Positions 37,053 to 45,634 of a stretch of DNA of 64,000 nt are shown piece by piece; the first letter of the stretch is position 1; each line of letters opens with the position of its first letter. Location of the stretch: the NCBI GenBank assembly GCA_050633245.1, contig JBOEGD010000011.1, positions 224,001 to 288,000 on the forward strand, written 5' to 3'. A program made the position numbers and the translations under genes. The notes under the pieces were generated by a model. That model worked only from the letters and a program-made list of their open reading frames with translations. It had not been told where the DNA came from and made no database searches. The DNA is from Calditrichia bacterium. GTDB lineage: Bacteria > Calditrichota > Calditrichia > RBG-13-44-9 > J075.

Positions 37053-38690
37053 ATGAACGCTAAGCCAATTACTGTTTTCCTTTCTTACGCCAGTCAGGAT
37101 AGAGAACCCATTGAAGAATTGTATGAGAAGTTGGCTGAGAATGGCTTTAGTCCATGGATGGATGGAAAGTCTATATTGCCTGGCAGCGACAGAGAATATG
37201 TTACCAAGAAGGCTCTGAACGAGGCAGATTTTTTCATATCATGTCTTTCGAGTAATTCTGTGAATAAAAGAGGATTTGTTCAGAAAGAGCTTAAACAGGC
37301 ATTGGATTTGTGGCAGGAAAAGTTGCCGGAAGATATTTATTTGATTCCTCTCAAGTTGGAAAAATGTCAGGTACCTGAATCTTTAAAGAAATTTCAATCT
37401 GTTGATTATTTTTCAGATGGAGGCGAAGCAAAGTTGTTTAAGGCTCTCAAAATGAGAACAAATGGAAAAGCTGAAGCTGAAATGCCCCTTAACATGGTTA
37501 GTGAAATAACAGATGCAACTACTACCGTTCAAGAAGAAATTGCAATAAAAGAGAAAACTCTGGACGTAGAAATTACACTAAAGGGTGATATAAAAGACTT
37601 TTCCGAAGATAAGCGAGCTCGCCTTCTTAAAGTCCTGGAAGAGCTTCTTGAAATAAACGATGGTGAATTAAAGATTAAAAAAATTAGAAAGGGGAGTGTT
37701 AAAGTAACGGTCGAACTTTCTCCAGAGCAGGCTGAAAAGCTTATGTGGGCTGTGAAAGCCGGAATGTTTAGTGATGTAAATATTATAGATGCCGAAATTC
37801 GAACTTTTGATAACGAGATGCCCACCGAAGAATCCATATTACCTAAACATAAAAGAGAATACGATACCGAAAAACAGGTAGCTGAATTAGAACAAACTAT
37901 TGTTCCATTATTAGAACTTTGGGAATTTCAAAATCCTCAAAAATCAGAAAAAGGAAAGGTCGAGTTTTGGATTGTTGTTAATCTAGGAACAGAAATTCAG
38001 CAAACGAATGATCTTGTTCGCCACCTTTTTAATTTAGGGGTGCCGATTTTGGCCGATGCAATGATTTTAGAAAATTTACAGGATCTTAATTTTTTAAATC
38101 GTTTTTTTAAAGGATCCGCGGATAGTTTCAAGTTTGGGGTAATTGTCTCTATATCACGGTCCTTACCAAATGCTCAGGAGTTAGACAATATAATACTTGT
38201 TCTAAATATGTGGACTGAGAAGTTTAATGTAGAAGTTGTTCCAGTCCAGCATTACTCAGAAAATAATCAAGCATTAAGTAAATTTAAGCAGCAATTATGG
38301 ACCTTATCCTTTGAACAACATGACTCTAAGTTTAATCAAGCTTGGATTAAGCGTTTCACAAAATATGTGTTTTTCAATAGCCGCTTTGCTCTACTGGGTT
38401 TTAAAAGTCACCCTCAAAATGCTGACTTTCATGATGATTCTAGGAGAATCCCATTCCCTGAACCGTTAAGAATGCGTCCGCCATTCTCTTTATTAATTAA
38501 AACCTTCTCCCAACCTTTGAATATTTTTGAGCTGTCTGAAATAATCAAAAAATCACCGGAAAGTATAATGGATGTCGGATTTGAAGCTGGAATATATATA
38601 AATATTTTTGAATACTTAGATCCCCCACTTTTGGAATTAATCCTTGAAGGATTTGGATACAAAAAAGATAGATCCTTTCTAGGCTCGTAG
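37053..38690 (+). CDS. TIR-domain protein with a central GSV-motif domain and a C-terminal IF2_N-like domain
   Basis: VFLSYASQD, PWMD, GFVQKE; LKIKKIRKGSVKVTVEL; LNIFELSEIIKKSPESIMDVGFEAGIYINIFEYLDPPLLELILEGFGY. Confidence 0.85.
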   Translation: MNAKPITVFLSYASQDREPIEELYEKLAENGFSPWMDGKSILPGSDREYVTKKALNEADFFISCLSSNSVNKRGFVQKELKQALDLWQEKLPEDIYLIPLKLEKCQVPESLKKFQSVDYFSDGGEAKLFKALKMRTNGKAEAEMPLNMVSEITDATTTVQEEIAIKEKTLDVEITLKGDIKDFSEDKRARLLKVLEELLEINDGELKIKKIRKGSVKVTVELSPEQAEKLMWAVKAGMFSDVNIIDAEIRTFDNEMPTEESILPKHKREYDTEKQVAELEQTIVPLLELWEFQNPQKSEKGKVEFWIVVNLGTEIQQTNDLVRHLFNLGVPILADAMILENLQDLNFLNRFFKGSADSFKFGVIVSISRSLPNAQELDNIILVLNMWTEKFNVEVVPVQHYSENNQALSKFKQQLWTLSFEQHDSKFNQAWIKRFTKYVFFNSRFALLGFKSHPQNADFHDDSRRIPFPEPLRMRPPFSLLIKTFSQPLNIFELSEIIKKSPESIMDVGFEAGIYINIFEYLDPPLLELILEGFGYKKDRSFLGS

Positions 38691-38792
38691 CTTTAATCCT
38701 ACGTTTTGTAGTATAAGTCCGACAAAGCCCTTGCTTTTCCTATATTTCTCACCTTATTTCTCCTCATAAGCATTCAAGGAGGATACCTACCC

Positions 38793-39089
38793 ATGTTTTT
38801 ATTCGACTACGCGATCGACCGCAACCGCTGGCTGTGGTTTCACATCTTAGCCGGGGGAGTAGCAGGTCTCTTGCTCATCAGCCTTCATATCCCAGCCATA
38901 TCCGGAGTTTTCATTGCAGCTTGCATCTGGGAGGCCATAGAAGCGCTGTGGAATCACATGGGCGGCGGCTTTGAGCTCAATGGTTATGGCAATGAGCGGG
39001 AAGGGATCTCTCCTCTTACGCATTTTCTGCTAGACGCTGTAGCTGATATTACCGGTGCGGTGCTGATGGCTGCGGTAGTGGTGGCCTAA
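38793..39089 (+). CDS. Small phage-associated membrane protein
   Basis: RBS AGGAGG; three hydrophobic segments; upstream of holin-like and terS remnants. Confidence 0.7.
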   Translation: MFLFDYAIDRNRWLWFHILAGGVAGLLLISLHIPAISGVFIAACIWEAIEALWNHMGGGFELNGYGNEREGISPLTHFLLDAVADITGAVLMAAVVVA

Positions 39090-39107
39090 ACTTAAGGAGA
39101 GCTTATC

Positions 39108-39344
39108 ATGGAAGGAGTCAAGCCAACAGTGAAGTGGGAATTTAAGCCGGCTGAATTAGTGAACTTAATCCTGGTCGGCATTAGCCTGATCGGGTTTTTC
39201 TATAATGCACATTTTCGCATTGAGCAGCTGGAGCGGGAAGTGAAGTCCATTAAGCAGAGCTACGTGAGATCAGAAGTCTTTGAGGCCGAGATGGAGCATA
39301 TCAAAGGCAGGTTAGATGATATTTTAATCGAGGTGAGGAAGTAA
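39108..39344 (+). CDS. Holin/XhlA-like single-TM coiled-coil phage protein
   Basis: RBS AAGGAG; one TM then RIEQLE...YVRSEVF...IKGRLDDIL; abuts terS. Confidence 0.55.
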   Translation: MEGVKPTVKWEFKPAELVNLILVGISLIGFFYNAHFRIEQLEREVKSIKQSYVRSEVFEAEMEHIKGRLDDILIEVRK

Positions 39345-39470
39345 GTGGCTAGCCTGACTGCCAAACAGAAACGCTTTTGCGAAGAATACATACTCGATTT
39401 CAATACAAAAGCTGCTGCAGAGCGGGCAGGGTATAGTTTGCTCTGTCTCATTGAACTTTTACCACTTTAG
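39345..39470 (+). pseudogene. Truncated phage terminase small subunit
   Basis: Own translation, not in the ORF track: VASLTAKQKRFCEEYILDFNTKAAAERAGYS then LLCLIELLPL*; the first part matches the TerS N-terminal LTxKQxxFxxEYxxDxNxxxAAxRAGYS motif. Confidence 0.85.
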
Positions 39471-39480
39471 TGTTAATCAG

Positions 39481-39524
39481 AACAGCCCGCTTCTGCTTAT
39501 GCAGAAGCGGGCTGTTTTGTTTTT
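39481..39524. terminator. Perfect 16-bp-stem hairpin between the island and the tRNA
   Basis: AACAGCCCGCTTCTGC-ttat-GCAGAAGCGGGCTGTT followed by a T-tract. Confidence 0.85.
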
Positions 39525-39528
39525 CCAG

Positions 39529-39601
39529 AGCCACCGAGCGGAGTCGAACCGCTGACCCCTTCATTACGAGTGAAGTGCTCTACCAGCTGAGCTACGGTGG
39601 C
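39529..39601 (-). tRNA. tRNA-Thr(CGT)
   Basis: Minus strand GCCACCGTAGCTCAGCTGGTAGAGCACTTCACT-CGT-AATGAAGGGGTCAGCGGTTCGACTCCGCTCGGTGGCT; full cloverleaf; CCA not encoded. Confidence 0.97.
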
Positions 39602-39818
39602 TAATGAGGCCAAAAATTAAAAGATGGTAAGATGGATTGCAACCTTTTTTTGCGAATTGAATAAAATTTATACGGTAGGTATTGCGTTTTGAGAAGTTGC
39701 ACATTTTGGTAGGGGCAGGATGCCTAAAAAACATTGCTCAATGTGACAAATATCGCGGCGGAGCAGGGGAGTGCCGATTATGTTTGTATAAGGAGAAACT
39801 ACTACGCGAGGGAAACGC

Positions 39819-40205
39819 ATGAGCTTGTTTAATCTGGTGAAAATCCTTGGTTCCATCGCTCTGGCTTTGCAGAGCGCCATCATCGTATTTATCTACATGC
39901 CTCATACCTCCGGAGAAGCTCCGATCCTTTCAATGTCTGCTGCCAGTGGTTTGTTTACATTACTTGCCATTTTACTTCCATCGCTATTTGTTACCGAACA
40001 GCGCATTAAGGTGCCGCGCTATATGCTGATTACCTCTCTGGCGATCATGACGTTTATTATTCTATTAGCCAATGCCACAGACAATATTGCGAGGTTTTCT
40101 GCGGCCATAACCTGTGCGCTGGTAGGGGCGGTTACGGCGTGGTATCTGCAAAGGAGGGCAGAGCGGCTCACCGTTCCGCAACAGGGCGATCGGGAGACGG
40201 GGTGA
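39819..40205 (+). CDS. Hypothetical four-TM membrane protein
   Basis: Four hydrophobic segments; RBS GAGGG. Confidence 0.65.
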   Translation: MSLFNLVKILGSIALALQSAIIVFIYMPHTSGEAPILSMSAASGLFTLLAILLPSLFVTEQRIKVPRYMLITSLAIMTFIILLANATDNIARFSAAITCALVGAVTAWYLQRRAERLTVPQQGDRETG

Positions 40206-40213
40206 GAAAAACT

Positions 40214-40417
40214 AGGCAGTAAGGCAGTAAGGCAGTAAAATATGTCAGAAACGAAGGGCAGAAACGAAGGGCAGAAAGGGAAATGAGTCTCCGATCAGCA
40301 CCGAAGGTGCGTCCAATAAGTCCCGAGTATCGGGACGCCCCATCAGCGTAGCACCCGATTCGTTCCGGCTTGCTACTTGCTTCTCGCCTCTCGCTACTTG
40401 CCGACTACCGACTACCA
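40214..40417. repeat. Cluster of short tandem repeats and a palindrome
   Basis: (AGGCAGTA)x3, (CAGAAACGAAGGG)x2, GTCCCGA-gta-TCGGGAC, degenerate 7-mers CTTGCTA/CTCGCTA/ACTACCG. Confidence 0.75.
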
Positions 40418-40467
40418 ATCTTTTTCTTTTTCGTTGTTCAATACTCACGGGTCAATTATCATTCCAC

Positions 40468-41292
40468 ATGCTCTATCTGATACGATTTCTAAATATGTTC
40501 CTGCCGCTGATGTATCTGGCGCTGACCGCTCTGAACGTAGCCTGGTTTATGTACCAAGACCAACGTGCCCGGCAATACAAGAGCTGGCTACTTCCTGCAA
40601 CGCTGCTTGTGCATCTCGTTGAGGTTGTTCTACGCGGTATGTATAATGGACATTTTCCAATTGCGACGGTCTTTGAAGCGGCCAGCGTTCTGGCGCTGTG
40701 TCTGATGCTGGTTTACTATGTGGTGGAGCATCGCTTTAAGGTGCAGACAACCGGGCCATTTTTTGTATTTATTGCATTTCTTCTTCAATTATTCTCGAGT
40801 GCCTTCGTCGAGTTTGCCGGAAATATTCCCGGGCTGCTTCGCAGTCCAATGTTTATCCTACATACCGGGGCGGCCATGTTAAGCTACGCCGCAATATTCG
40901 CCGCTTCACTGTATGCATTGATGTATCTGCTGCTGTTCTATCAGATACGCAGTGCGCACTATGGATTGTTTTATCGTCGTTTACCGTCGTTGGAGCAGCT
41001 GGGCGATTTGAATTATCGCGCACTGGCTCTCGGCTTTGTGTTGCTAACAGTGCTGATTTTTCAAGGGGTAATCTGGCGGAAGAGCCTTTTCCCGGAGGAT
41101 GGACACTTCGATCCGCAGGTGGTCTTTGCCTATGGTGTGTGGCTTTTGTATGGGGCGACGCTGATCGGAAAACGGGTGATGCGCTGGAGCGGCAAATGGC
41201 TGGCCATTTGCACGCTGAGTGGCTTTTTGTTAATCGTTGTTTCGCTTATTACGGTGAATTATTTGGTAGATAGCTTTCACCGCTTTCACTAA
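40468..41292 (+). CDS. Cytochrome c biogenesis CcsA-like membrane protein
   Basis: About 8 TMs; HFPIAT.FEA, conserved His (LHTG), RRLPSLEQL, DPQV, C-terminal FHRF. Confidence 0.8.
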   Translation: MLYLIRFLNMFLPLMYLALTALNVAWFMYQDQRARQYKSWLLPATLLVHLVEVVLRGMYNGHFPIATVFEAASVLALCLMLVYYVVEHRFKVQTTGPFFVFIAFLLQLFSSAFVEFAGNIPGLLRSPMFILHTGAAMLSYAAIFAASLYALMYLLLFYQIRSAHYGLFYRRLPSLEQLGDLNYRALALGFVLLTVLIFQGVIWRKSLFPEDGHFDPQVVFAYGVWLLYGATLIGKRVMRWSGKWLAICTLSGFLLIVVSLITVNYLVDSFHRFH

Positions 41293-41299
41293 GGCTTCC

Positions 41300-42640
41300 T
41301 TATGGCATTAAGACAATGCCGATATCCATTACATTGGTTCCGGTAGGTCCGGTGCGAATGAGCCCATTAATCTGCTGAAAAAAGGTATAGGCGTCGTTGT
41401 TGGACAGATAGTTTCTGGGATCGAGATTTGCCATGCGCGTTAAATGCCAGCTATAAGGTGAAATAATCGCTCCGGCCGCATCGGTTGGCCCATCAGTACC
41501 GTCAGTGCCGCAGCTTAACAACACAAACGATTCGCTCACGTCTTCCAGGGCCAGCATAGCCGACAGCGCAAATTCCTGATTCCTGCCACCTTTCCCATCC
41601 CCGCGTAGCGTAACGGTTGTTTCTCCACCAAACATCAGGCAGGCTGGTCTGGCAACAACACCATCGCCTTTAAGGCTTTCTCGAACATTGTCTGCTACCT
41701 GTTTGGCGGTAACTCGGGCCTCGCCCTGCAGTCTGCCGGTAAGCACCAACGTTTTATATCCCGCCTGCGCGGCAATCTTTTCCGCAGCATCCAGCGCGAG
41801 CATATTGTTGCCCAGGATAATATTGTGGGTTCGCTTTAGCAACGGATCGCCGGGCTTAATAGTGTCCGGAATTTGGCTGGAGCGCCCCGAACCAAAGTGT
41901 TTTACAATTGCCGGAGGGAGCTTGTCAACAAGGTTGTACTTCTGAATGACGTTCCAGGTGTCTTCAAAGGTGGTGGTGTCGGCTGCTGTTGGGCCAGACG
42001 CAATGCTTTCCAGAGCGTCTCCGATAACGTCACTAATAATTAGCGTAATGCAGGTAGCAGGATCGATTGCTCGTAATAACTGTCCGCCCTTAACGCGAGA
42101 TAAGTGCTTTCTCACGGTATTGAGTTCTTCAATATCCGCACCGCAACCAAGTAGGGCAGAGGTGATATTCTGTAGATCTTCCAGCGAAATAGAAACCGGT
42201 AAAAATTCCAAGAGTGCAGAACCGCCACCAGACAGAAGGCAAATAACCAGGTCATCGGCCTCAGCAGATTCTACCAGTTCCAAAAGCTCACGGGTGGCTT
42301 CAATGCCGTTTTTATCCGGTACCGGATGTCCTGCTTCGCGCAGACGAATCGTCTTGCAAGTAGCCGAATGGTCATATTTGGTGATAACCAGACCATCATC
42401 TATACGATCACCAAGCTGTTCTTCCAGTGCTTCCGCCATGTGTGCTGATGCCTTACCGGCACCGACAACGAGGATTCGTTTATAACCACTAAGGTTAAAC
42501 GTCTGCTCTTTAATCTGCAGAACATTCTCATCCAACGAGACGAGGTCGGATATCAATCGGTTTGGTCGTACCGCGTTAATTCCGGCCTTCAGGATTGCGA
42601 AGGCGTGTTTACGAAGAACAATTTCCCTTTCATTCAACAT
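41300..42640 (-). CDS. Glycerate kinase (MOFRL family)
   Basis: GAGKAS, AGHPVPD, SGGGSAL, IASGPT, GGETTV, GGRNQE, GTDGTDG, TGTNVMD; true start MLNERE at 42640. Confidence 0.92.
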   Translation of the reverse strand: MLNEREIVLRKHAFAILKAGINAVRPNRLISDLVSLDENVLQIKEQTFNLSGYKRILVVGAGKASAHMAEALEEQLGDRIDDGLVITKYDHSATCKTIRLREAGHPVPDKNGIEATRELLELVESAEADDLVICLLSGGGSALLEFLPVSISLEDLQNITSALLGCGADIEELNTVRKHLSRVKGGQLLRAIDPATCITLIISDVIGDALESIASGPTAADTTTFEDTWNVIQKYNLVDKLPPAIVKHFGSGRSSQIPDTIKPGDPLLKRTHNIILGNNMLALDAAEKIAAQAGYKTLVLTGRLQGEARVTAKQVADNVRESLKGDGVVARPACLMFGGETTVTLRGDGKGGRNQEFALSAMLALEDVSESFVLLSCGTDGTDGPTDAAGAIISPYSWHLTRMANLDPRNYLSNNDAYTFFQQINGLIRTGPTGTNVMDIGIVLMP

Positions 42641-42865
42641 GTTGCGGTAGCTCCCGGGTTGTAAAGTAGAGTTGAGGCGCCGAACGAATCCATTCTGGTC
42701 GGCAGTTGATTGCAATAAAAGCGTTAAGAGTATTTGAGGTGTGATAGCTTCCACAGCAGGCAATGTGTATTCAAAAACGCGACGGCTTTTTTGCAAAGGT
42801 TGGTTTCAGATTTGTGTGTTTGTATATTCCTCTTATTGCGCGTCTTAACCATAAAGGTGTCCGAA

Positions 42866-44128
42866 ATGAAAAATATAATTTATCTGATACTGATGTTTTT
42901 GGCAATACCTATGTTTGCTCAAAACTGGCCAGGTTGGCGCGGTGCCACAGGAGATGGTCTTGTGCCGGACTCAAAGCTACCAGCGCAATGGAGCAGCGAT
43001 GAAAATATTGCCTGGCGTTTACCGATGCCCGGACCAGCAGCTTCGACACCGGTAGTTTGGGACAATCGCATCTTTCTAACTTCGGTTGAGAATGGCAACC
43101 TGATTTTGATGGCCATCTCCACCGAGGGTAAAGAGCTTTGGAAAAAGACTGTCGATCAGGGCAACAAAGAGTTTCTGCAGGGAGAGAGCAATTACGCAGC
43201 CCCATCACCCAGCACGGATGGTAAATTTGTCTATGCGCTGTTTGGCAGTGGTAAACTGGTTAACTATTCTGTTGATGGAATATTACAGTGGGAACGCAAT
43301 CTGGCGGAGGAATATGGCGAGTTCAATCTGTATTTTGGAATGGCAAGTTCACCGTTACTGCACAATGGCGTGCTCTACATTCAGCTAATTCATACCGATG
43401 CGCGACTGGTTTTGGCAATTGACAGTGGAACGGGAAAAAATGCCTGGAAACACGATCGCGTTACCAAAGCTCGAAATGAAAACCTGCACTCTTACGCTTC
43501 ACCAACACTCTTCAAAAACGCAAAGACGACTCAACTTATTATTCACGGCTCAGATGTCGTAACCGGCCATAATCTGACAGATGGAACGGAAATCTGGCGC
43601 AGCGCCGGCTTGCAGGACCCTGACAATTACAATGATGTTCTCAGACTCGTGGCGACACCCGTTAACAATGGTGAAATTCTTATCGTACCAAGTGCGAAGA
43701 ATGGACCTGTATTGGCGCTCAATCCCACAACGGCGAAGGGCAACATCACCGGAAATAAGGCGAATAATGTTTGGCGCTGGAACTCAGGTACCACCGATGT
43801 GCCATCAGCGGTTATTCACAATGGCCTGGTTTATATGTGTCGCGAGAATGGTGTTCTTTACTGCATCGATGCTGCGACGGGAGAAGAAGTTTATAAAGCG
43901 AGCGTTTATCGAAAACGACATCGCTCTTCACTTGTTTTCGGCGATAATAAAATTTACATCACCTCTATGGATGGAACGGTTTCCGTTGTCCGGGCTGGTC
44001 GTGAATACAAACTACTTTCACAAAATAAATTCAATGAACACACAGCTGCCTCTCCGGCAGTACATAATGGAGTCATCTATTTCCGGACATACCGCGCCCT
44101 GTATGCCGTATCAGATACTACAGAATAG
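42866..44128 (+). CDS. Secreted PQQ-like/BamB-family beta-propeller protein
   Basis: Signal peptide, NWPGWRG, repeated SSP and W blade motifs, DAATGE. Confidence 0.85.
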   Translation: MKNIIYLILMFLAIPMFAQNWPGWRGATGDGLVPDSKLPAQWSSDENIAWRLPMPGPAASTPVVWDNRIFLTSVENGNLILMAISTEGKELWKKTVDQGNKEFLQGESNYAAPSPSTDGKFVYALFGSGKLVNYSVDGILQWERNLAEEYGEFNLYFGMASSPLLHNGVLYIQLIHTDARLVLAIDSGTGKNAWKHDRVTKARNENLHSYASPTLFKNAKTTQLIIHGSDVVTGHNLTDGTEIWRSAGLQDPDNYNDVLRLVATPVNNGEILIVPSAKNGPVLALNPTTAKGNITGNKANNVWRWNSGTTDVPSAVIHNGLVYMCRENGVLYCIDAATGEEVYKASVYRKRHRSSLVFGDNKIYITSMDGTVSVVRAGREYKLLSQNKFNEHTAASPAVHNGVIYFRTYRALYAVSDTTE

Positions 44129-44150
44129 TCAATTCTCGGGGGAAAATCTG

Positions 44151-44849
44151 ATGAACAAGCAGGACATGCAGAAGCAACAAGCTGCCTGGCATGCCGTGAA
44201 ATCGGTAAAGTCGGGCATGGTACTTGGTTTAGGAACCGGTAGCACTGCCAACTTTGCAATAAAGGCAATTGCGGAAAAGCTGAAATCGGGCGAGTTAAAC
44301 AACATCGTTGGTGTGCCAAGCTCGATACGAACTGAAACGCTTGCGCGTGAGTTGGAGATTCCGCTGAGCAGTCTGGAGGAAACGCCACGTATCGATTTAA
44401 CAATTGATGGTGCCGATGAAGTTGATGGAGACTTAAACCTCATCAAAGGTGGTGGCGGAGCATTGCTCCGAGAAAAAGTGCTGGCGCAATCCAGCGCTCA
44501 AAACATCATCATCGTTGATGAAAGCAAAGTGTCTGAACTGCTCGGCACAAGCTGGGCACTTCCAATAGAAGTAGTGCCGTTTGCTTTTTCTACTGTACAA
44601 CGTTTTCTTGAGGCATTGTCTACGAAAGCGCCGGTCCGCATGACGGACGATGGAAAGCCCTATGTTACCGATCAGGGAAATTGGATTGTCGATGCCTCCA
44701 TGGGTGTAATGACAGAAGCAGCAAAAATTGCCCAGACGCTCAATCAACGAGCAGGAATTGTAGAGCATGGTTTATTTATCGGACTGGCAACACAGGTTGT
44801 TGTTGCCTCGAGCGATGGTGTGCGCGTTATGGTGCCGCCCGGAAGGTGA
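44151..44849 (+). CDS. rpiA: Ribose-5-phosphate isomerase A
   Basis: GLGTGST, IDGADE, IKGGGGALLREK, PIEV, TDQGN, VEHGLF. Confidence 0.96.
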   Translation: MNKQDMQKQQAAWHAVKSVKSGMVLGLGTGSTANFAIKAIAEKLKSGELNNIVGVPSSIRTETLARELEIPLSSLEETPRIDLTIDGADEVDGDLNLIKGGGGALLREKVLAQSSAQNIIIVDESKVSELLGTSWALPIEVVPFAFSTVQRFLEALSTKAPVRMTDDGKPYVTDQGNWIVDASMGVMTEAAKIAQTLNQRAGIVEHGLFIGLATQVVVASSDGVRVMVPPGR

Positions 44850-44855
44850 GATTTG

Positions 44856-45611
44856 ATGTCTGCAAAGAATGAATCGATATTAATGTTTGCTGAAAAACAT
44901 GGTATTGCAGAATATGCGGCACAAAAGCTGCTTATTCTGTCGCTGAATGCGACAACTGAAAACCCTGCATTTGTTGCTCTGTCCGGCGGCAGTACGCCAA
45001 AAGCGTTGTTTAGGCTGCTGGCCGAAACGCCTTATCGCAATAGCGTGCTCTGGGAAAACATAATTCTGTTTTGGGGAGATGAACGCTGTGTTCCGCCTGA
45101 TAGTGTGCAGAGCAACTTTGGTACTGCCAGGGAATTGCTTTTTGACCGGCTGGACAATGCGCCGATTTTTCATCGCGTGCGAGGAGAAGCTGACCCGCTG
45201 GAAGCAAACAAAGCCTATGCAGATCTTCTTTGCAAGACGTTGCCGCTAAACGACTCTGAACTACCGGTTTTTGATTGGATAATGCTGGGAATGGGTGAGG
45301 ATGGGCATACGGCCTCCATCTTTCCTCAGCAACCGCTTCAGCATGTTTGTCGCGCAGCCTGCGGCATTGCAACACATCCCGATAGTGGCCAAAAACGCGT
45401 CAGCTTTACCATGGACGTTTTGAATGCCGCCAAAGAGGTGTCATTTCTGGTGGCCGGAGCCGGAAAAGCAAACGTTGTTGAAGCCATTTTTACACAGGAT
45501 GAGACGCCATTTCCGGCAGATCAGGTTCACCCATCAAACGGCAAACTGGAATGGTGTCTGGATCGCGCTGCCGGTGATGTACTTCTGAAACTTTCAAATC
45601 GCACCGATTAA
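44856..45611 (+). CDS. pgl: 6-phosphogluconolactonase
   Basis: LSGGSTP, WGDERCVPP, SNF, LGMGEDGHTASIFP. Confidence 0.94.
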   Translation: MSAKNESILMFAEKHGIAEYAAQKLLILSLNATTENPAFVALSGGSTPKALFRLLAETPYRNSVLWENIILFWGDERCVPPDSVQSNFGTARELLFDRLDNAPIFHRVRGEADPLEANKAYADLLCKTLPLNDSELPVFDWIMLGMGEDGHTASIFPQQPLQHVCRAACGIATHPDSGQKRVSFTMDVLNAAKEVSFLVAGAGKANVVEAIFTQDETPFPADQVHPSNGKLEWCLDRAAGDVLLKLSNRTD

Positions 45612-45634
45612 CCTTTTAAACAGGGAATGTTTCT

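Larger units (their letters stand above)
24599..39470 (+). mobile_element. Decayed prophage / defence island adjacent to tRNA-Thr
   Basis: AT-rich; all genes on + strand; repressor, holin-like and terS remnants at the edges; three TIR genes and a nuclease inside; no integrase or att repeat visible, so boundaries are approximate. Confidence 0.7.

Noticed and set aside
29002-38690. Calling the TIR genes a canonical Thoeris or CBASS system
   Set aside because: No adjacent ThsA-type (SIR2-SLOG or TM-Macro) effector and no CD-NTase
42641-42865. Overlapping N-terminal extensions of glycerate kinase and the propeller protein
   Set aside because: ORF-caller extensions into a divergent promoter region; better starts are 42640 (-) and 42866 (+)
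43581-44150. 422-aa ORF suggesting an N-terminally extended RpiA
   Set aside because: The extension overlaps the propeller gene in another frame and has no protein-like features; RpiA starts at ATG 44151
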